Shown here one piece after another: positions 63,098 to 64,000 of a stretch of DNA of 64,000 nucleotides (the stretch's first letter is position 1; each line of letters opens with the position of its first letter). The notes under the pieces were generated by a model. That model was not told the DNA's origin. It did not search any database and saw only the letters and a program-made list of their open reading frames with translations. Both the position numbers and the translations under genes were made by a program. This DNA is from a virus. The DNA is taken from positions 1,206 through 65,205 of the IMG/VR virus record IMGVR_UViG_3300012921_000081; one strand, written 5' to 3'.

Positions 63098-63313
63098 GTT
63101 TCGCTTCAGCTTCACCGGCTTGGGGTGCGCGCGGGAAGCCTGTCGCGCAGATTTGCGCCCGCTCGATGGTGACGTCGCCGCCGTCCGCCAGCAGCTGTCC
63201 TGGACGAACCAGTATCACGGGTCCGACGAATCGACCGTGCCGCTGGCGTCGGTGTCGGTGTCCTTGCCGGTCGACGGCTCAGCGCGCGATCTGCTCGTCC
63301 GCCCGGTCGGCGG

Positions 63314-63560
63314 GCAACACACCATCATCCTCCCAAAGCGTCGGATGATGGTGGCACATGCAGAGCCGTGTCAACTCCGGTGATCGGGCCACCTGCCCGA
63401 CAAACATCCGCTGGGCCCGTTCACGCGACACGGGTGAGTCGCTGCGGAGCTGCTGCCCGGCAGGGTCGCGCCCGGTGCAACACACCATCATCCTCCCAAA
63501 GCGTCGGATGATGGTAGCACATTCAGAGCCGTGTCAACTTCGGTGATCGGGCCACCTGCC
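63314..63560. repeat. Two 84-bp direct repeats (63314-63397, 63477-63560) with an internal 10-bp inverted repeat
   Basis: 3 mismatches between copies; ACCATCATCC-N12-GGATGATGGT in each. Confidence 0.85.
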
Positions 63561-63609
63561 GTCGGACGATGACGCGACATACGAAGTCGTGTCGCCGAGG
63601 AAAATCCGG

Positions 63610-64000
63610 CTACCTGCATTTTCCGACGATTTGACCACACTCAGAACAGCGAAGCATCTTCGGAATTATGCTATATCCACACCCGACACACCGAGAGTGC
63701 GCATGTCGCCGCATGCGAATAATCAATAAACACAAGCCATGCAGAACACAAAGCATACACGTCCACGCCAAAATGTTTACAAATAGCGACAAAAGTCTTG
63801 TGTGATACACATAGCACTTAGACACCGGGGATATCAAACCATTGGAACTATAAACCTCTGCAACCGCAAGCCAACGAAATACACTTCCTGAGCACACCTC
63901 TGTAACTTTGAATACATTACTATTATCACTTGTTGGCGATGATGAATTATCGCCCGCGTTGGACCACAAAGCGTGCGAAACAGTGTAGTACGGAAAGGCA
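63610..64000 (-). CDS. Host membrane protein with C-terminal zinc ribbon (partial, runs off right edge)
   Basis: TM then RCVGCGYSI...CSECG; frame open to 64000; AT-rich. Confidence 0.7.
   Translation of the reverse strand, partial: AFPYYTVSHALWSNAGDNSSSPTSDNSNVFKVTEVCSGSVFRWLAVAEVYSSNGLISPVSKCYVYHTRLLSLFVNILAWTCMLCVLHGLCLLIIRMRRHAHSRCVGCGYSIIPKMLRCSECGQIVGKCR

Noticed and set aside
63314-63560. CRISPR array or integron attC sites
   Set aside because: Only two units, 84 bp is too long for CRISPR repeats, there are no cas genes, and the R'/R'' boxes of attC are not evident.

Overview
The window is almost entirely one apparently complete temperate prophage of about 60.5 kb (63070-2551 = 60,519 bp as a circle). 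It is integrated into the 3' end of the host tmRNA gene (ssrA, 2233-2576) and bounded by a perfect 28-bp direct repeat (attL 2551-2578, attR 63070-63097). The host is GC-rich and probably a planctomycete of Phycisphaerae type; this is an inference from the tmRNA tag AERNYALAA and the flanking genes. Nearly all phage genes are on the minus strand. From right to left they are: an early recombination/replication block (SMC-like ATPase, RecE-like exonuclease, putative SSAP, initiator with iterons, HerA-like ATPase, ParB, two DNA methyltransferases, CsrA, MazG, RecU-like resolvase); terminase; an 8.5-kb glycosyltransferase/FkbM/lysis block between terL and portal; an HK97-type head; a siphovirus tail with a GTA-like tip, split by a 5-kb cargo island; and a tyrosine integrase. 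The strongest leads are: (1) two tRNA-like (acceptor stem + T-arm) elements, each overlapping a conserved Shine-Dalgarno-sequestering hairpin in front of a recombination gene; (2) an integrase ORF that runs through the att core, so integration swaps its C-terminus and separates it from the early operon, with no recognisable cI repressor; (3) a candidate virion- or surface-glycosylation cluster in the late operon; (4) a candidate alpha-helical unimolecular spanin with no obvious endolysin; (5) an SSAP-HicB fusion. All protein family calls come from motif recognition by eye, not database searches.
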